Position numbers and translations under genes: made by a program
IMG/VR virus record: IMGVR_UViG_3300042997_000442
Origin: an uncultured virus (IMG/VR IMGVR_UViG_3300042997_000442)
Lineage: Duplodnaviria > Heunggongvirae > Uroviricota > Caudoviricetes
Strand: one strand, 5' to 3'
Length of the DNA: 20,000 nucleotides
The notes under the pieces: generated by a model
Told to the model about the DNA's origin: nothing
What the model saw: only the letters and a program-made list of their open reading frames with translations
The model's database searches: none
In this document: positions 1 to 9,683 of the stretch, piece after piece
How the letters are laid out: each line of letters starts with the position of its first letter
How positions within the stretch are numbered: the stretch's first letter is position 1

Positions 1-454
1 AAGGTATTGCTTCGCCTAATACTGATTTAGACGATGTTAATGAAGCACCTCCACTAGCTGAAAACACAGCATCTTTATCAATTAAAACAGAAGTTGCTTT
101 ATCTTCTTGCAAAACAAGCATATTTGTTTCTTCTGAATATAATTTCTGAATAGAACCATTAGCTCTATCAAGTTGCTTAGTTATATTTTCACCTATAGAA
201 TATTGATTAGTATTATTTACACTAGTCTTAGAATTATATATACCAGAATGTATAAGTCCATTTTCAACTATTTGTTCATTATAATTTTCATCTATAGAGT
301 AAGCTCTAACTCCAAAGTCTACAGTAGTATTATTATAACCACCTTTTATTCTAGACTCTTCTACATGCCAATTTTCTTGTTGAGCACTACAGTTATTTGT
401 TATTATAAAGGTATTAAAATATTTTATCGGTAATTTATAGTAAGTTGCTGGCAT
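1..454 (-). CDS. Tail stabilization/muzzle protein, C-terminal-half homolog (partial, runs off the window)
   Basis: Absent from the ORF track because it has no stop in the window. ATG at 454 opens MPATYYKLPIKYFNTF...WHVEESRIKGGYNNTTVDFGVRAY...SGIYNSRTSVNNTNQYSIGENITKQLDRANGSIQKLYSEETNMLVLQEDK..., open to the edge. I recall the GSIQKL...LQEDK type motifs from the beta-propeller C-terminal half of crAss-like stabilization proteins. It follows directly after the 1325-aa gene. Confidence 0.75.
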   Translation of the reverse strand, partial: MPATYYKLPIKYFNTFIITNNCSAQQENWHVEESRIKGGYNNTTVDFGVRAYSIDENYNEQIVENGLIHSGIYNSKTSVNNTNQYSIGENITKQLDRANGSIQKLYSEETNMLVLQEDKATSVLIDKDAVFSASGGASLTSSKSVLGEAIP

Positions 455-470
455 ATTTTATATTTATATA

Positions 471-3400
471 TTAACTACTTTGATTAGTATCCCAAACTAG
501 ATAAACTTTAGAAATATCATGAGTGGCGGTAGAAATATCCCATTCTACTACTATTTTGAAAAAACCACTTCCAAGTACGTTTGGTGTTGGTGTTCTAGTT
601 CTCCATGATAAATACCAAGATGCATCAGTATAAGTTCTTAATTCTTTTCCAGATGGTGTTGTTAATGTTCCAGTTGGACCCCATGCGCTAGTACTACCAT
701 AAGGCACGCTTGTAACGACCGTTCCAAGTTTAACAGGAGGTAAATAACCTATTACTGGTTCTATTGCTTTACAGTAGAATTGTATATAAGGACTTCCGTT
801 TGATTGAGGAGCACTTCTTGAGTCTTTGAAGAAATAATACCTACATTTCCACCATTGCTCATCTATTAATTTATACACATCTCCTAAAGGCATATTTCTA
901 TTCGTAAATCCATTTGAAAATCCACCAACACTAGAACATTTAGTTATAAGGAATCTTTCTAGTCTATTATCGGCATAAGGTATAAGTGGGCAATGGGTTA
1001 ATTCGTATTTATTTCTTTTTCTTTGATCTTGATTATCACCACTACCATATTTCTCTCCTACATCAATGAAAATCTCATGCATGTGAGTTAATTTATTAGC
1101 CACTCCATTTGTAACTGTAGCTCCATTTAACTGTGTTGTAAGTGAGCCAGTCGCAGAATTACAATCGCTAGATTGAATCACTATATGATACGTTTTTAAT
1201 TTTCTAGGCGCAATTGATGCGAAAAGACTATTTATTTGTAATACTCCAATTGGTCTTAATCCAGTTGTGTCTCCTCCTCCTTCTAAAGTTATTTCTGGAG
1301 AAGAAGGTGCTGGTATGATATTATCAAATTGATCATATCTAGTTATACTATATATAGTATGATTTAAATCATCATTAGCATTTAAAGGATTTGAAAGCGC
1401 TCCTGAAGGATTAGTTGACGTAGCTGCGCCATTAATAATAAGAGAACCATTTCCACCTATAACATAAGCAGCAGGAGATCCAACTCCATATCCTCCATTA
1501 TAAAAAGGTGTATTATACATTATAGCAGGAGTTTGACCAGCGCCATACTGATACCAATCTCTAAGATTCCAAAAAAGACCAGTTGACCAGTAAGCATTAA
1601 AGTGGTTATAATATGGCATGTAAGGATAACTGTTTTTTAGTTTCATTGTAAATGATCTTTCTACAGATCCAGCGTTAGTATTTACTTTCACTACAAAAGT
1701 AAATACATTTCTAAAATGTCCTGGAAAACTACCACTAGTTGCTGTTAATAAATCGTTTTCAAAATAATGATTATTATCACCAGGTCCAGGTGTTAACTGT
1801 ATTATAGCATAACCAGTGTTATTAGTAAGAACAAATAATCCAGTTCTATCTATTTGATTAGTAGGACCAGGTAGTTGATTATATACACGTAATAATTCAT
1901 AACTAGTTATAGGATAATTATTTTCTGTAGCTGAAAACTTACATATAACAGTATTTCTAGCCCAACTTTCGTAAAAATATTCTACCGGTTGGTTATTAAC
2001 ATCGGTTACAGTAATTTCTCCAGGTAAATTTGGATCACCTACTGGACCTTCATCTGAATAATTAATTATATTTTCGTTTAAATCTTCAACTAGTCCAATG
2101 GTAGAAGTTTCCCAAAATATATCTAACAAAGATTCTACTGGTTTTGTTTCAAAAATACCTAGATGTACTTCTGCTTGATCTATTGTATATTGAGGTGTTC
2201 CATCTGCTTTTGCATTAAATTCGTTTAATTTTAATGTTCTTACTGTTGGTGCTGGACTTGTTGAAGTAGCTGGTATATAATCGACATATAAACCTAACTG
2301 AGTCTCTCCATTTAAATCAGCATTATCTTCTACCTCTGCTAACAAATGATCTTTATCTTTTTCGTATAACCAAGCAGCATTAGTACTTCCAATTTGTATT
2401 TTTTGATCAGAAGCAGTACCTATACTTACAACACTTATTGGGAAAACTATTAAATCATATTGTATAGAACCTTTTTGATTATGTCCTGTTATTCCAGTTG
2501 GAAATCTGTTTTTAACTACTTTAGCATATAATATAGTTGACGATGCGTAAGTACCGTCTTGTCTACCAGTCATTGTTAAATCCCTTGGTATTTTATTTAT
2601 ATTATCACTATGTAAAGTTATCCAACTTCTGTCTTTGTAGTTTACTACTCCTGGAGTATATACATTATAATAGTCTTGTTCTTTTTGTTTTACAACTACT
2701 TTATAAGAATGCCAACCATTTTTGTTTATTTTATATTTATAAACTTTACCAGGAGGAGTAGTTGACCACCAATTTGAACCATATACTGCATTTATCTTAC
2801 CTTCTGTAGATATTGTATCAGAACCTACTGCAAATATTCTAACATGATTACCATCCTTTCCTAATAACCAATCTCCTACGCTTAACTCAGAACTAATGTT
2901 ACCATTAAATACATAATCATAAAGTTTAGTTGAAGAATTATAAGTTTCACTAGTCCATTTAGTATTGTTAGTTGTGAATAATTGTGTTCTAACGCTATAT
3001 GGATTTGGTATAGGTGATCTAAAGTTAATTTGTAATGCCAAACCATGCCAAGGTTTACCAGCAACATTTGGTTTTGCTTGATTTAAGTAATCTACAAACA
3101 CATAGGAATCTGGTGCGTTTTTTGTTATAATAACAGAGGAAGATCTACCAACAACGTCAGTTAAAACTATACCAACTTGATAATTTCTATTTTGTTTTAC
3201 AGAATGATTAGGATATTCTAACCAAAAATCAAGATCGTCTTTATCGTCATAATTTATGAAATAATCTAATTCAGGTAGTTTGTAGTTTTCTAAATAATTA
3301 CCATATACTATTCTACTACCAGCCAATTCTTGTGCTTTTGCTAGTCTAGGAACTCTATCCCATACTCTTAAATATTGAGATTCTGGTAGTGTTTTAGATG

Positions 3401-4448
3401 GTGTGTTTGATTTGTATTCATGATAAAATATATTACCATTACCAGGACTGGCCACTTGTTGATACGAGTTATTATATCTTGTAGAAGTAGTGTCATTATA
3501 ATTTTGTATATCTATGTATTCTATAGATCTAATTATAGTACTGTCTGATTCTTTTAATAATATATCTATTCCTTTTACAAAATAATCTTCATACATGTTA
3601 TGAGATGGTAGTTCTATTTTAGATATTATTCTATTAATAGTGTTAACCATACAAACATTCTCAGTAGTTTTATATGTTGATACTATATCAGTTGTTTCAA
3701 AAAATTCTTTTGGAATAAATAAAATTTGAGTAAAAGGTGCTATAGGTGAATATGAGTTATCAACAAATTTAAATCTATATGAAAACCTTACAAATCTTTC
3801 TTTTAAGAAATTAGAACCAATAGTAATATCATTATTTTGTGTTGTAGTAGGAATTAAACCATATTTCATAGAGTTTACAACAACCCCACTATCATTATTT
3901 ATCAATAAAAGTGGAGCTGAATAAGGAACACATCTAGGTATAGACAACTGTTCATCATAATTATAAAAACTAGGATTTATACTTAAATCTAGTCTTCTTG
4001 GTTGATTAAAGTTATCTGTCCAAAATAAATAATTATCAACTATATTAACCCCTGTTATTAAATGTTTTTTACAAAATCTTAAAAACCTTCTTTCTAAAAC
4101 AGTAGAAAATATAGAATTTTTCTGATCATATTTTAACACAGCACAGTAATCATTTATGGTAGGATATTCCTTTACTCCAGTTTCGTAAGCAAAAGTAGTA
4201 ACAAACCAATATATACAGTCATGTCTTTCATCAACTACATAACCTATTGGTTGAGCATTTAAATATCCTAAAGATTGAGCATACGTTAATACGTTACTCT
4301 TTATATTTTCTACTGATCCAACGTTATTTTCACCGGCTTGTCCAACTGTTATGTTTAACGCGTCTCTATATTCAGAATTTTTTAGTAATCTATCCTCAAT
4401 GTCCTTATTCATTTTACCACCTATAAAGTGGTTTTTAGCTTCTGCCAT
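471..4448 (-). CDS. Tail stabilization (P22 gp10-like/muzzle) protein, N-terminal part, with cadherin/Ig-like C-terminal extension
   Basis: 1325 aa. The N-terminus (NHFIGGKMNKDIEDRLLKNSEYRDALNI), the motifs YLFWTDNFNQPRRL, RFSYRFKFVDNSYSPIAPF and RIVYGNY, and the position after the ring proteins are typical of crAss-like stabilization proteins. Confidence 0.8.
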   Translation of the reverse strand: MAEAKNHFIGGKMNKDIEDRLLKNSEYRDALNITVGQAGENNVGSVENIKSNVLTYAQSLGYLNAQPIGYVVDERHDCIYWFVTTFAYETGVKEYPTINDYCAVLKYDQKNSIFSTVLERRFLRFCKKHLITGVNIVDNYLFWTDNFNQPRRLDLSINPSFYNYDEQLSIPRCVPYSAPLLLINNDSGVVVNSMKYGLIPTTTQNNDITIGSNFLKERFVRFSYRFKFVDNSYSPIAPFTQILFIPKEFFETTDIVSTYKTTENVCMVNTINRIISKIELPSHNMYEDYFVKGIDILLKESDSTIIRSIEYIDIQNYNDTTSTRYNNSYQQVASPGNGNIFYHEYKSNTPSKTLPESQYLRVWDRVPRLAKAQELAGSRIVYGNYLENYKLPELDYFINYDDKDDLDFWLEYPNHSVKQNRNYQVGIVLTDVVGRSSSVIITKNAPDSYVFVDYLNQAKPNVAGKPWHGLALQINFRSPIPNPYSVRTQLFTTNNTKWTSETYNSSTKLYDYVFNGNISSELSVGDWLLGKDGNHVRIFAVGSDTISTEGKINAVYGSNWWSTTPPGKVYKYKINKNGWHSYKVVVKQKEQDYYNVYTPGVVNYKDRSWITLHSDNINKIPRDLTMTGRQDGTYASSTILYAKVVKNRFPTGITGHNQKGSIQYDLIVFPISVVSIGTASDQKIQIGSTNAAWLYEKDKDHLLAEVEDNADLNGETQLGLYVDYIPATSTSPAPTVRTLKLNEFNAKADGTPQYTIDQAEVHLGIFETKPVESLLDIFWETSTIGLVEDLNENIINYSDEGPVGDPNLPGEITVTDVNNQPVEYFYESWARNTVICKFSATENNYPITSYELLRVYNQLPGPTNQIDRTGLFVLTNNTGYAIIQLTPGPGDNNHYFENDLLTATSGSFPGHFRNVFTFVVKVNTNAGSVERSFTMKLKNSYPYMPYYNHFNAYWSTGLFWNLRDWYQYGAGQTPAIMYNTPFYNGGYGVGSPAAYVIGGNGSLIINGAATSTNPSGALSNPLNANDDLNHTIYSITRYDQFDNIIPAPSSPEITLEGGGDTTGLRPIGVLQINSLFASIAPRKLKTYHIVIQSSDCNSATGSLTTQLNGATVTNGVANKLTHMHEIFIDVGEKYGSGDNQDQRKRNKYELTHCPLIPYADNRLERFLITKCSSVGGFSNGFTNRNMPLGDVYKLIDEQWWKCRYYFFKDSRSAPQSNGSPYIQFYCKAIEPVIGYLPPVKLGTVVTSVPYGSTSAWGPTGTLTTPSGKELRTYTDASWYLSWRTRTPTPNVLGSGFFKIVVEWDISTATHDISKVYLVWDTNQSS

Positions 4449-4454
4449 ATTAAA

Positions 4455-5351
4455 TTAGTGTTTAAGTATTTTAGATTTGTTTCTAAGAACTTGAGATATT
4501 TCTTCAAGTTTAATATTAGACAATCTTATTTTAGCACTTCTTAATGCTGTTGATCTTTCTTTTTTATATCTATTAACTATATACTCTGGTATATTTGATT
4601 TAGATGATAATATACCATGAGCAATATGCATGTACAAAGCTTGTTCTGCTAGTTTATGTACTTGCATTTCTTCGTCAGTACCTAAACCATCAGATATGTA
4701 TTTAATAACTATAATTTTATCTAATAAATCAGAACTAAAAGAAATACAACCGTCTCTTTCGTTTATTGTAAAGAAACCATTATTTTGTGATGTCTCAGGA
4801 GTTAAACCATATCTACCACCTGTGTTTCTTTTATAGAAATAATAATAATCATAATATATGCTTTTATCACTATATCCATCGTCTCCTGTTAAAACTTTTG
4901 GATCTAAATTATTCCACCTAGTATCACTAACAGAAGTACCTGTAAGTAGATTACCGTCTTGATCGTATAAGTATTTATATTGATCATCTTGAAGTGGTGA
5001 TTCTTCTGTGTTAGAATGTAATCTAGTTGGATAAAGAACTCTCTCTATACCGTAAGAATCAATCCAACATATCTTAGTATAGTTTATATAATCTTGAGGT
5101 AATGGAACTGATAAACTAGGTCCAACTTCAACTTCAATAGACTTATAAGATTTCAATGTATCATAACTAAATTCTTGTAAACCTCTTTTAGCATGAAACA
5201 TTACATCAGTTCTTTTAACATCATCAATAAGTTTACCATCACCAACGTAGGCAACAATAAAGTTATTTATAATATCTATAAGTGAAATAAATTGATAACC
5301 ACCGGTTTCACCATTGTAGTAATCTTCGCTAGATTGTGTTATTAAACCCAT
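4455..5351 (-). CDS. Structural protein, probable tail tubular/ring (P22 gp4-like adaptor) protein
   Basis: 298 aa. It has a helical N-terminus, a LPQDYINYTKI motif (LPxDY of ring/adaptor proteins), a beta core and a helical C-terminus. It lies immediately upstream of the stabilization gene. Confidence 0.65.
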   Translation of the reverse strand: MGLITQSSEDYYNGETGGYQFISLIDIINNFIVAYVGDGKLIDDVKRTDVMFHAKRGLQEFSYDTLKSYKSIEVEVGPSLSVPLPQDYINYTKICWIDSYGIERVLYPTRLHSNTEESPLQDDQYKYLYDQDGNLLTGTSVSDTRWNNLDPKVLTGDDGYSDKSIYYDYYYFYKRNTGGRYGLTPETSQNNGFFTINERDGCISFSSDLLDKIIVIKYISDGLGTDEEMQVHKLAEQALYMHIAHGILSSKSNIPEYIVNRYKKERSTALRSAKIRLSNIKLEEISQVLRNKSKILKH

Positions 5352-5355
5352 TTAT

Positions 5356-6084
5356 TTAGTTTTCTAATTTATCAGTATATCCTCTTTGTGCCATTGCAGC
5401 TTGTGCTACTGCTGGGTCTTTTATAGTAACTCCAGTATAAGCTAGTATATTTATTATTAAACTAGTTTCTTCTGAAGGATGTAATTCAAAGTTATTTGAT
5501 CCTGTATTTGGTACAATACCAGTACCTGTAGCAGTTGGTTCGTATATATACATATTATTAGCGGATGTATTTACACTATATGCCCAAACTGGATCACTTG
5601 GTGTTTTAACATAATCTACAGACAAACTAGTCAATGTATTTGGAAATACTTTAATACTGTCTACTTGTCTATAATATATTGGGTATTTTTCAGATGGTGC
5701 AGTTAATTTAGATGCAGTTATATAATTCCAATCTGACTTAGTAACTTCTTCAACTTGATCAGTAGTATTAGATACTGTAAGATTTACTAATCTGTACATA
5801 TCTGCTGGTAAAGAAGTGGTACCACTGGTAAGAGTTAATGTTTGCGTTTTAGCAAATATGTCTATCTTTTCTTTTTCTACTTTAGATAAATCAGCATAAT
5901 CACTATTGATTACTCCAGATTTTTTCTTAACTAGTTCTTTGTTGTATTTGTAATACGCAGATTCAAGTAATTCTAATTGAACTTGTCTAGCTATTTTATT
6001 AAACTGATCTGGCGTTAAATAACCTCTTTGTTCTTTATTTAATATCAGTAATACTGATTTGTATACTTTATCTACGTTTATCAT
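5356..6084 (-). CDS. Head-tail ring/adaptor structural protein
   Basis: 242 aa. Motifs LNKEQRGYLTPDQFN, LPADMYRL, DYVKTP and FELHPSEETSLIINILAYTG match the architecture of crAss-like ring proteins. Synteny agrees. Confidence 0.65.
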   Translation of the reverse strand: MINVDKVYKSVLLILNKEQRGYLTPDQFNKIARQVQLELLESAYYKYNKELVKKKSGVINSDYADLSKVEKEKIDIFAKTQTLTLTSGTTSLPADMYRLVNLTVSNTTDQVEEVTKSDWNYITASKLTAPSEKYPIYYRQVDSIKVFPNTLTSLSVDYVKTPSDPVWAYSVNTSANNMYIYEPTATGTGIVPNTGSNNFELHPSEETSLIINILAYTGVTIKDPAVAQAAMAQRGYTDKLEN

Positions 6085-6098
6085 ATTTCATATTTTTA

Positions 6099-6137
6099 TA
6101 TGAGATATGGGATCTAATACCGATCCCAAACCTCATA
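6099..6137 (-). promoter_or_regulatory. Intergenic RNA stem-loop without a U-tract (possible processing or stability element)
   Basis: The minus strand reads TATGAG-GTT-TGGGATC-[GGTATTA]-GATCCCA-TAT-CTCATA, a stem of about 16 positions with one G-U pair and one U-U mismatch. It is followed by TAAAAATATGAAAT-ATG rather than poly-U. Confidence 0.6.
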
Positions 6138-6144
6138 AATATTG

Positions 6145-6915
6145 TTATACTCCTATTTTCTTTTCAATAGACTTATAAACATCTAAACCTTCATCTGTTT
6201 TAAAGAATGCTGCCATTGCAGAGAAAGGATGCTCATCAAAAGGTACTGTCATAATTTTTTTACCATTCGCAGTCCATTTAAAAGTTCTTTGGTCTTCATC
6301 GAGTTTAATAATGTTAAATTCTGTAGCTTTAATAGCAAAATTCCTCAACATCACGTTATCGTCATTAACTAGTTCTAAGAACAAATAAGGTTCTCTTCTA
6401 GCAAACAATAATATATCTCTTTTTATTTCAGCTGAACTCATTCTAGATACCTCAGATCCTTGTTCAACTCTTAATACTGCTTCAGCGTGGACAACATCCA
6501 TTTCTAAAGCCATATTTAAAGCTTTAATTTCTGTCTCAATATCTACAACCTCTTCTTTAGCTTCAGCCACTGGATCGTGTTCTGAGTAAGTTTTGTTAAG
6601 AAGTGGATGATACAATGAAAGTAATTTTTGTAAAGCTTGATTTTCTTTTGGTACATTTAAAACTCCGTCTTCAAATATACACATTGCAATCGTAACTGGT
6701 CCTACTTGTTCATCTACAAAGCAAGATTTTTGATTTGTTGCATATCTTAATTCTCTTTGATGACCTTTATCAGGATCAAACCACATAAGTGGACTAACTT
6801 CACTATGTTTAACTGACATCGTAAATGTTAGTGGTGACATGTTATTTAATAGAAAATAAGTTCTATCTTTAAATTCCCATTTTTTTTCAACGGGTTCTGT
6901 TTTGGTTGTTGCCAT
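6145..6915 (-). CDS. Conserved hypothetical protein of the crAss-like head module (gene downstream of MCP)
   Basis: 256 aa with an alpha/beta N-terminal half and a helical C-terminal half. Occupies the conserved position between the MCP and the first ring protein. Confidence 0.6.
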   Translation of the reverse strand: MATTKTEPVEKKWEFKDRTYFLLNNMSPLTFTMSVKHSEVSPLMWFDPDKGHQRELRYATNQKSCFVDEQVGPVTIAMCIFEDGVLNVPKENQALQKLLSLYHPLLNKTYSEHDPVAEAKEEVVDIETEIKALNMALEMDVVHAEAVLRVEQGSEVSRMSSAEIKRDILLFARREPYLFLELVNDDNVMLRNFAIKATEFNIIKLDEDQRTFKWTANGKKIMTVPFDEHPFSAMAAFFKTDEGLDVYKSIEKKIGV

Positions 6916-6944
6916 AATATAATAAAATTTAATAAGTTTAATTT

Positions 6945-6981
6945 AAAAGTAAAATTACCCCCGAAGATACATCGAGGGTAA
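6945..6981 (-). terminator. Rho-independent terminator after the major capsid gene
   Basis: The minus strand reads TTACCCTCGA-[TGTATCT]-TCGGGGGTAA, a 10-bp stem with one G-U pair, followed by TTTTACTTTT. It begins 16 nt after the MCP stop. Confidence 0.8.
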
Positions 6982-6997
6982 GATTACATTTTTTGTA

Positions 6998-8446
6998 TTA
7001 TACTGTGAATAATACGAAGTTGTTAGCCGCTTGAGTGATCAAACATCTTTCTGACAAGAAGTGAACATTCATTTCATCTACGTCAGAAGTATAAGCTCCA
7101 CCAACAGATCCAGTGATCCATGATTTCATTCTACGATCATCAGCTTCAGAAGCTCTATATCTAACGTGTAAGAATGGACGTTTGATATTTTTACCTAAAG
7201 ATTGGTCATATACTGAAGATGTACCAGCTGGAGTTAAAACTCCCATAATGTCGTTGGTCAATCCACGAGTAGAAGCATTGTTTAAGTATTTCCAGTCAGT
7301 TTTGTAGAAGTCGTAAGAACCTCTTCTAAACCCGTTGAAACCTAAGTTCAAAGCCATTTCTTCACTATTTTCGAATACTCCATAAGAAGTACCACCAACA
7401 GTGTTAACAGTAACGCTAGCAAGCATGTTGTCAAAGTTTAACGACATGTCTCTGTTTAAGAATAACATGTTTTCTTCGATAGCTCCTTGTTTGTCTAGGT
7501 TTTTAAGGATAGCGTCAAACTCAGTTAGCGCTAAAGAACCAGCTCCAGAACCAGCTCCTGTAAATCCTTGGAATACATTACCTCTAGAAGTAATAGCAGC
7601 AAATAAACCTTCAGTACCTTTAACGCTAGAATTAACTAACGCGTCAGAACCAGAAGCAGCAAGTTCGCCTTCTACTAAAGCCATTTCTAAGTAATCTTCG
7701 AAACGTAAACGAGTTTCGTGCTCTGATTTCAAGTACCATAAGTATCCTGAAGCACCGTTCTCAGTAGTAACCTCAACCCATCCAATTTGTGCTGTATCAG
7801 AACCTTTTACAGAGTATTTATCTTTTAAGATAATTGGAGAGTTAGAGTATTGTTTGAAACCTGCTTCAACAGATTCAGCCATACCAGGTGTGCCTTTAGC
7901 AAACTCAGAACCATAAACGAATACGCTTAAGTTAGGGTTAGTAACGGCAGCAACGAAAGAAGCAGGCCATTGAGCAGCTGTGTAAGGTTGAGCTGTAAGT
8001 TCTGTGTTAGCACCATTAACGGCGCTTACATAAGCTTTAATAGTAACAGTACCAGTAGATACGATAATTGTTTGACCAACTCTAATAGCATGAACACCAT
8101 CAGTTGTGTTAGTAAACGTTAATACGTTATCAGTAGCTGTGTTAACAGTTTTCACTCTAACGTTTCTATACGCTAAGTGTAAACGTCCTTGTTCTGACCA
8201 AATAATTTGATCTGATGTAGATGGTAATTCTGCTCCAACCATTCTTAAGAATGAAGAAACTGAACGATTACCATATCTTTCTACCTCTTGTTCGTAAACA
8301 TCAGGTAAGAATTGTTTTGCGAAAGTACCACCACCTGAAACTGAGTCAAATGTTAAATAGTTACCTGCAAATAATGATTTTGTAGGAGCTGGAGCAAGTG
8401 AGTAACCACCTTGTAATCCCAACGTTCCTGAAAACGATCCTGCCAT
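6998..8446 (-). CDS. Major capsid protein (HK97-fold, crAss-like)
   Basis: 482 aa. Contains QFLPDVYEQEVERYGNR, IIWSEQGRLH, GTEGLFAAITSRGN and FNGFRRGSYDFYKTDWKYLN. Codon usage looks highly expressed (TTC, AAC, GCT, CGT). It follows portal and scaffold and ends in a terminator. Confidence 0.88.
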   Translation of the reverse strand: MAGSFSGTLGLQGGYSLAPAPTKSLFAGNYLTFDSVSGGGTFAKQFLPDVYEQEVERYGNRSVSSFLRMVGAELPSTSDQIIWSEQGRLHLAYRNVRVKTVNTATDNVLTFTNTTDGVHAIRVGQTIIVSTGTVTIKAYVSAVNGANTELTAQPYTAAQWPASFVAAVTNPNLSVFVYGSEFAKGTPGMAESVEAGFKQYSNSPIILKDKYSVKGSDTAQIGWVEVTTENGASGYLWYLKSEHETRLRFEDYLEMALVEGELAASGSDALVNSSVKGTEGLFAAITSRGNVFQGFTGAGSGAGSLALTEFDAILKNLDKQGAIEENMLFLNRDMSLNFDNMLASVTVNTVGGTSYGVFENSEEMALNLGFNGFRRGSYDFYKTDWKYLNNASTRGLTNDIMGVLTPAGTSSVYDQSLGKNIKRPFLHVRYRASEADDRRMKSWITGSVGGAYTSDVDEMNVHFLSERCLITQAANNFVLFTV

Positions 8447-8468
8447 TTTTTAATTTTTTTAATTGTTT

Positions 8469-9653
8469 TTATTTTTTTCCAAATCTAATTCTTAACTTAG
8501 AGTCGTCATTAGCATCTAAAGCTTTAACTTGGAAACCGTCAGGATTGCTTGGTTTTTCTTGATGCGTTTGTCTAGGATCCATATCTATATTTTTTGATCT
8601 CATAGTAGATTCTTTAATTGCATCTGCTCTACCTTGATCGTAAAAATGTTGTGCTATTGCATCTCCATTCTTAGCTTGATAAAGCGCCTTATGCCAACCA
8701 GCAGGGTCTTTTAGTTTTCCTTTATCATCCACGAATTCCTTAATTAAATTAGAAACGTCGCTTTGATAATTCATTACAGCTTCTGGGTTCTTCACTGAGT
8801 AGCGGAACTTTTTATCACCAATACTAAAATCAAAACCTTTGAAATCAGTAAACAGTTTTTTAGTTTCACTAACGAAATACTCAGAAAGCTCTTTTTGTCT
8901 TGCTTGTGTTAATTCTTGTTCTTCGTTATATTTATTGTAAAACTCAATAGCTTCTCTTTCATCTTCAGACAACTTAGAAGACAACTTGACTTCCTTGTAG
9001 TATTCGTCCTTTAATCCAGATAAGAACTTTTGAGCATTAGCAATTTCTTCTTTAAGTGCCATTTTTCTTTTACGTACGGTCTTTTCATCATCGTACTCTT
9101 CGTCATAAGAAAACTGGTCTTCAATTAAAAAGTCTATTTCATCCTCGTCGAGGTTCGGTCTAGTCTTTTTATAGTATTGTTTTAATAAAGTCTCGTTATC
9201 AACGTTTGAATAGTCAGCATTTAATCTAACATAGTCTTCCAACGTTCCACCCGTCTCTTCCATAAATCTAACAACTTCTTTTAGATTTTCTGGAACTACG
9301 ACTTCATCAATTTGTTTTTGAGTTACAGGTTGTTCGAAAACTGTTTCCGGTTGTTCGCCTACAACTACTACTTCTTCTTCCTCTTCTTGTTGATCACTTG
9401 CTATTTCTTCAACTAAAGGTGGTAATTCTTGTACCTGTTGTACTTCTTGAACTTGTTGTGGTTCTTCTTCTATAACCTCCTCTTTGTTTGTAAAATCTCT
9501 AAGATCTACTTTTACAGTATCTGATTTTTCTCTAACTACCTCTGGAGCTGCTTTGCCCTCAGAGACCGCTTGTTCTAATACTGCTTCTTCCCTTTGTGCT
9601 AGTGATAGATTTCCGCTATCATCTTGCACTAAATTAACTTTAATTTCTGACAT
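8469..9653 (-). CDS. Acidic putative capsid scaffolding/assembly protein
   Basis: 394 aa with a very Glu/Gln/Pro-rich disordered N-terminus and a coiled-coil core. Lies between portal and MCP. Confidence 0.65.
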   Translation of the reverse strand: MSEIKVNLVQDDSGNLSLAQREEAVLEQAVSEGKAAPEVVREKSDTVKVDLRDFTNKEEVIEEEPQQVQEVQQVQELPPLVEEIASDQQEEEEEVVVVGEQPETVFEQPVTQKQIDEVVVPENLKEVVRFMEETGGTLEDYVRLNADYSNVDNETLLKQYYKKTRPNLDEDEIDFLIEDQFSYDEEYDDEKTVRKRKMALKEEIANAQKFLSGLKDEYYKEVKLSSKLSEDEREAIEFYNKYNEEQELTQARQKELSEYFVSETKKLFTDFKGFDFSIGDKKFRYSVKNPEAVMNYQSDVSNLIKEFVDDKGKLKDPAGWHKALYQAKNGDAIAQHFYDQGRADAIKESTMRSKNIDMDPRQTHQEKPSNPDGFQVKALDANDDSKLRIRFGKK

Positions 9654-9683
9654 AATATAATATAATTGTTTATTGAATAATTA

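Noticed and set aside
173..433. Plus-strand 86-aa ORF
   Set aside because: It is the antisense shadow of the real minus-strand gene starting at 454, with an I/Y/F-rich composition typical of AT-rich non-coding frames.
2882..3067. 61-aa minus-strand ORF nested in the stabilization gene
   Set aside because: It is a short out-of-frame ORF with no recognisable features and is expected by chance.
7113..7694. Plus-strand ORFs antisense to the MCP (also 2537-2761, 4630-4836, 13011-13235, 14497-14875, 15478-16350)
   Set aside because: These are shadow ORFs arising from codon bias of the sense genes. They show no motifs and no independent expression signals.
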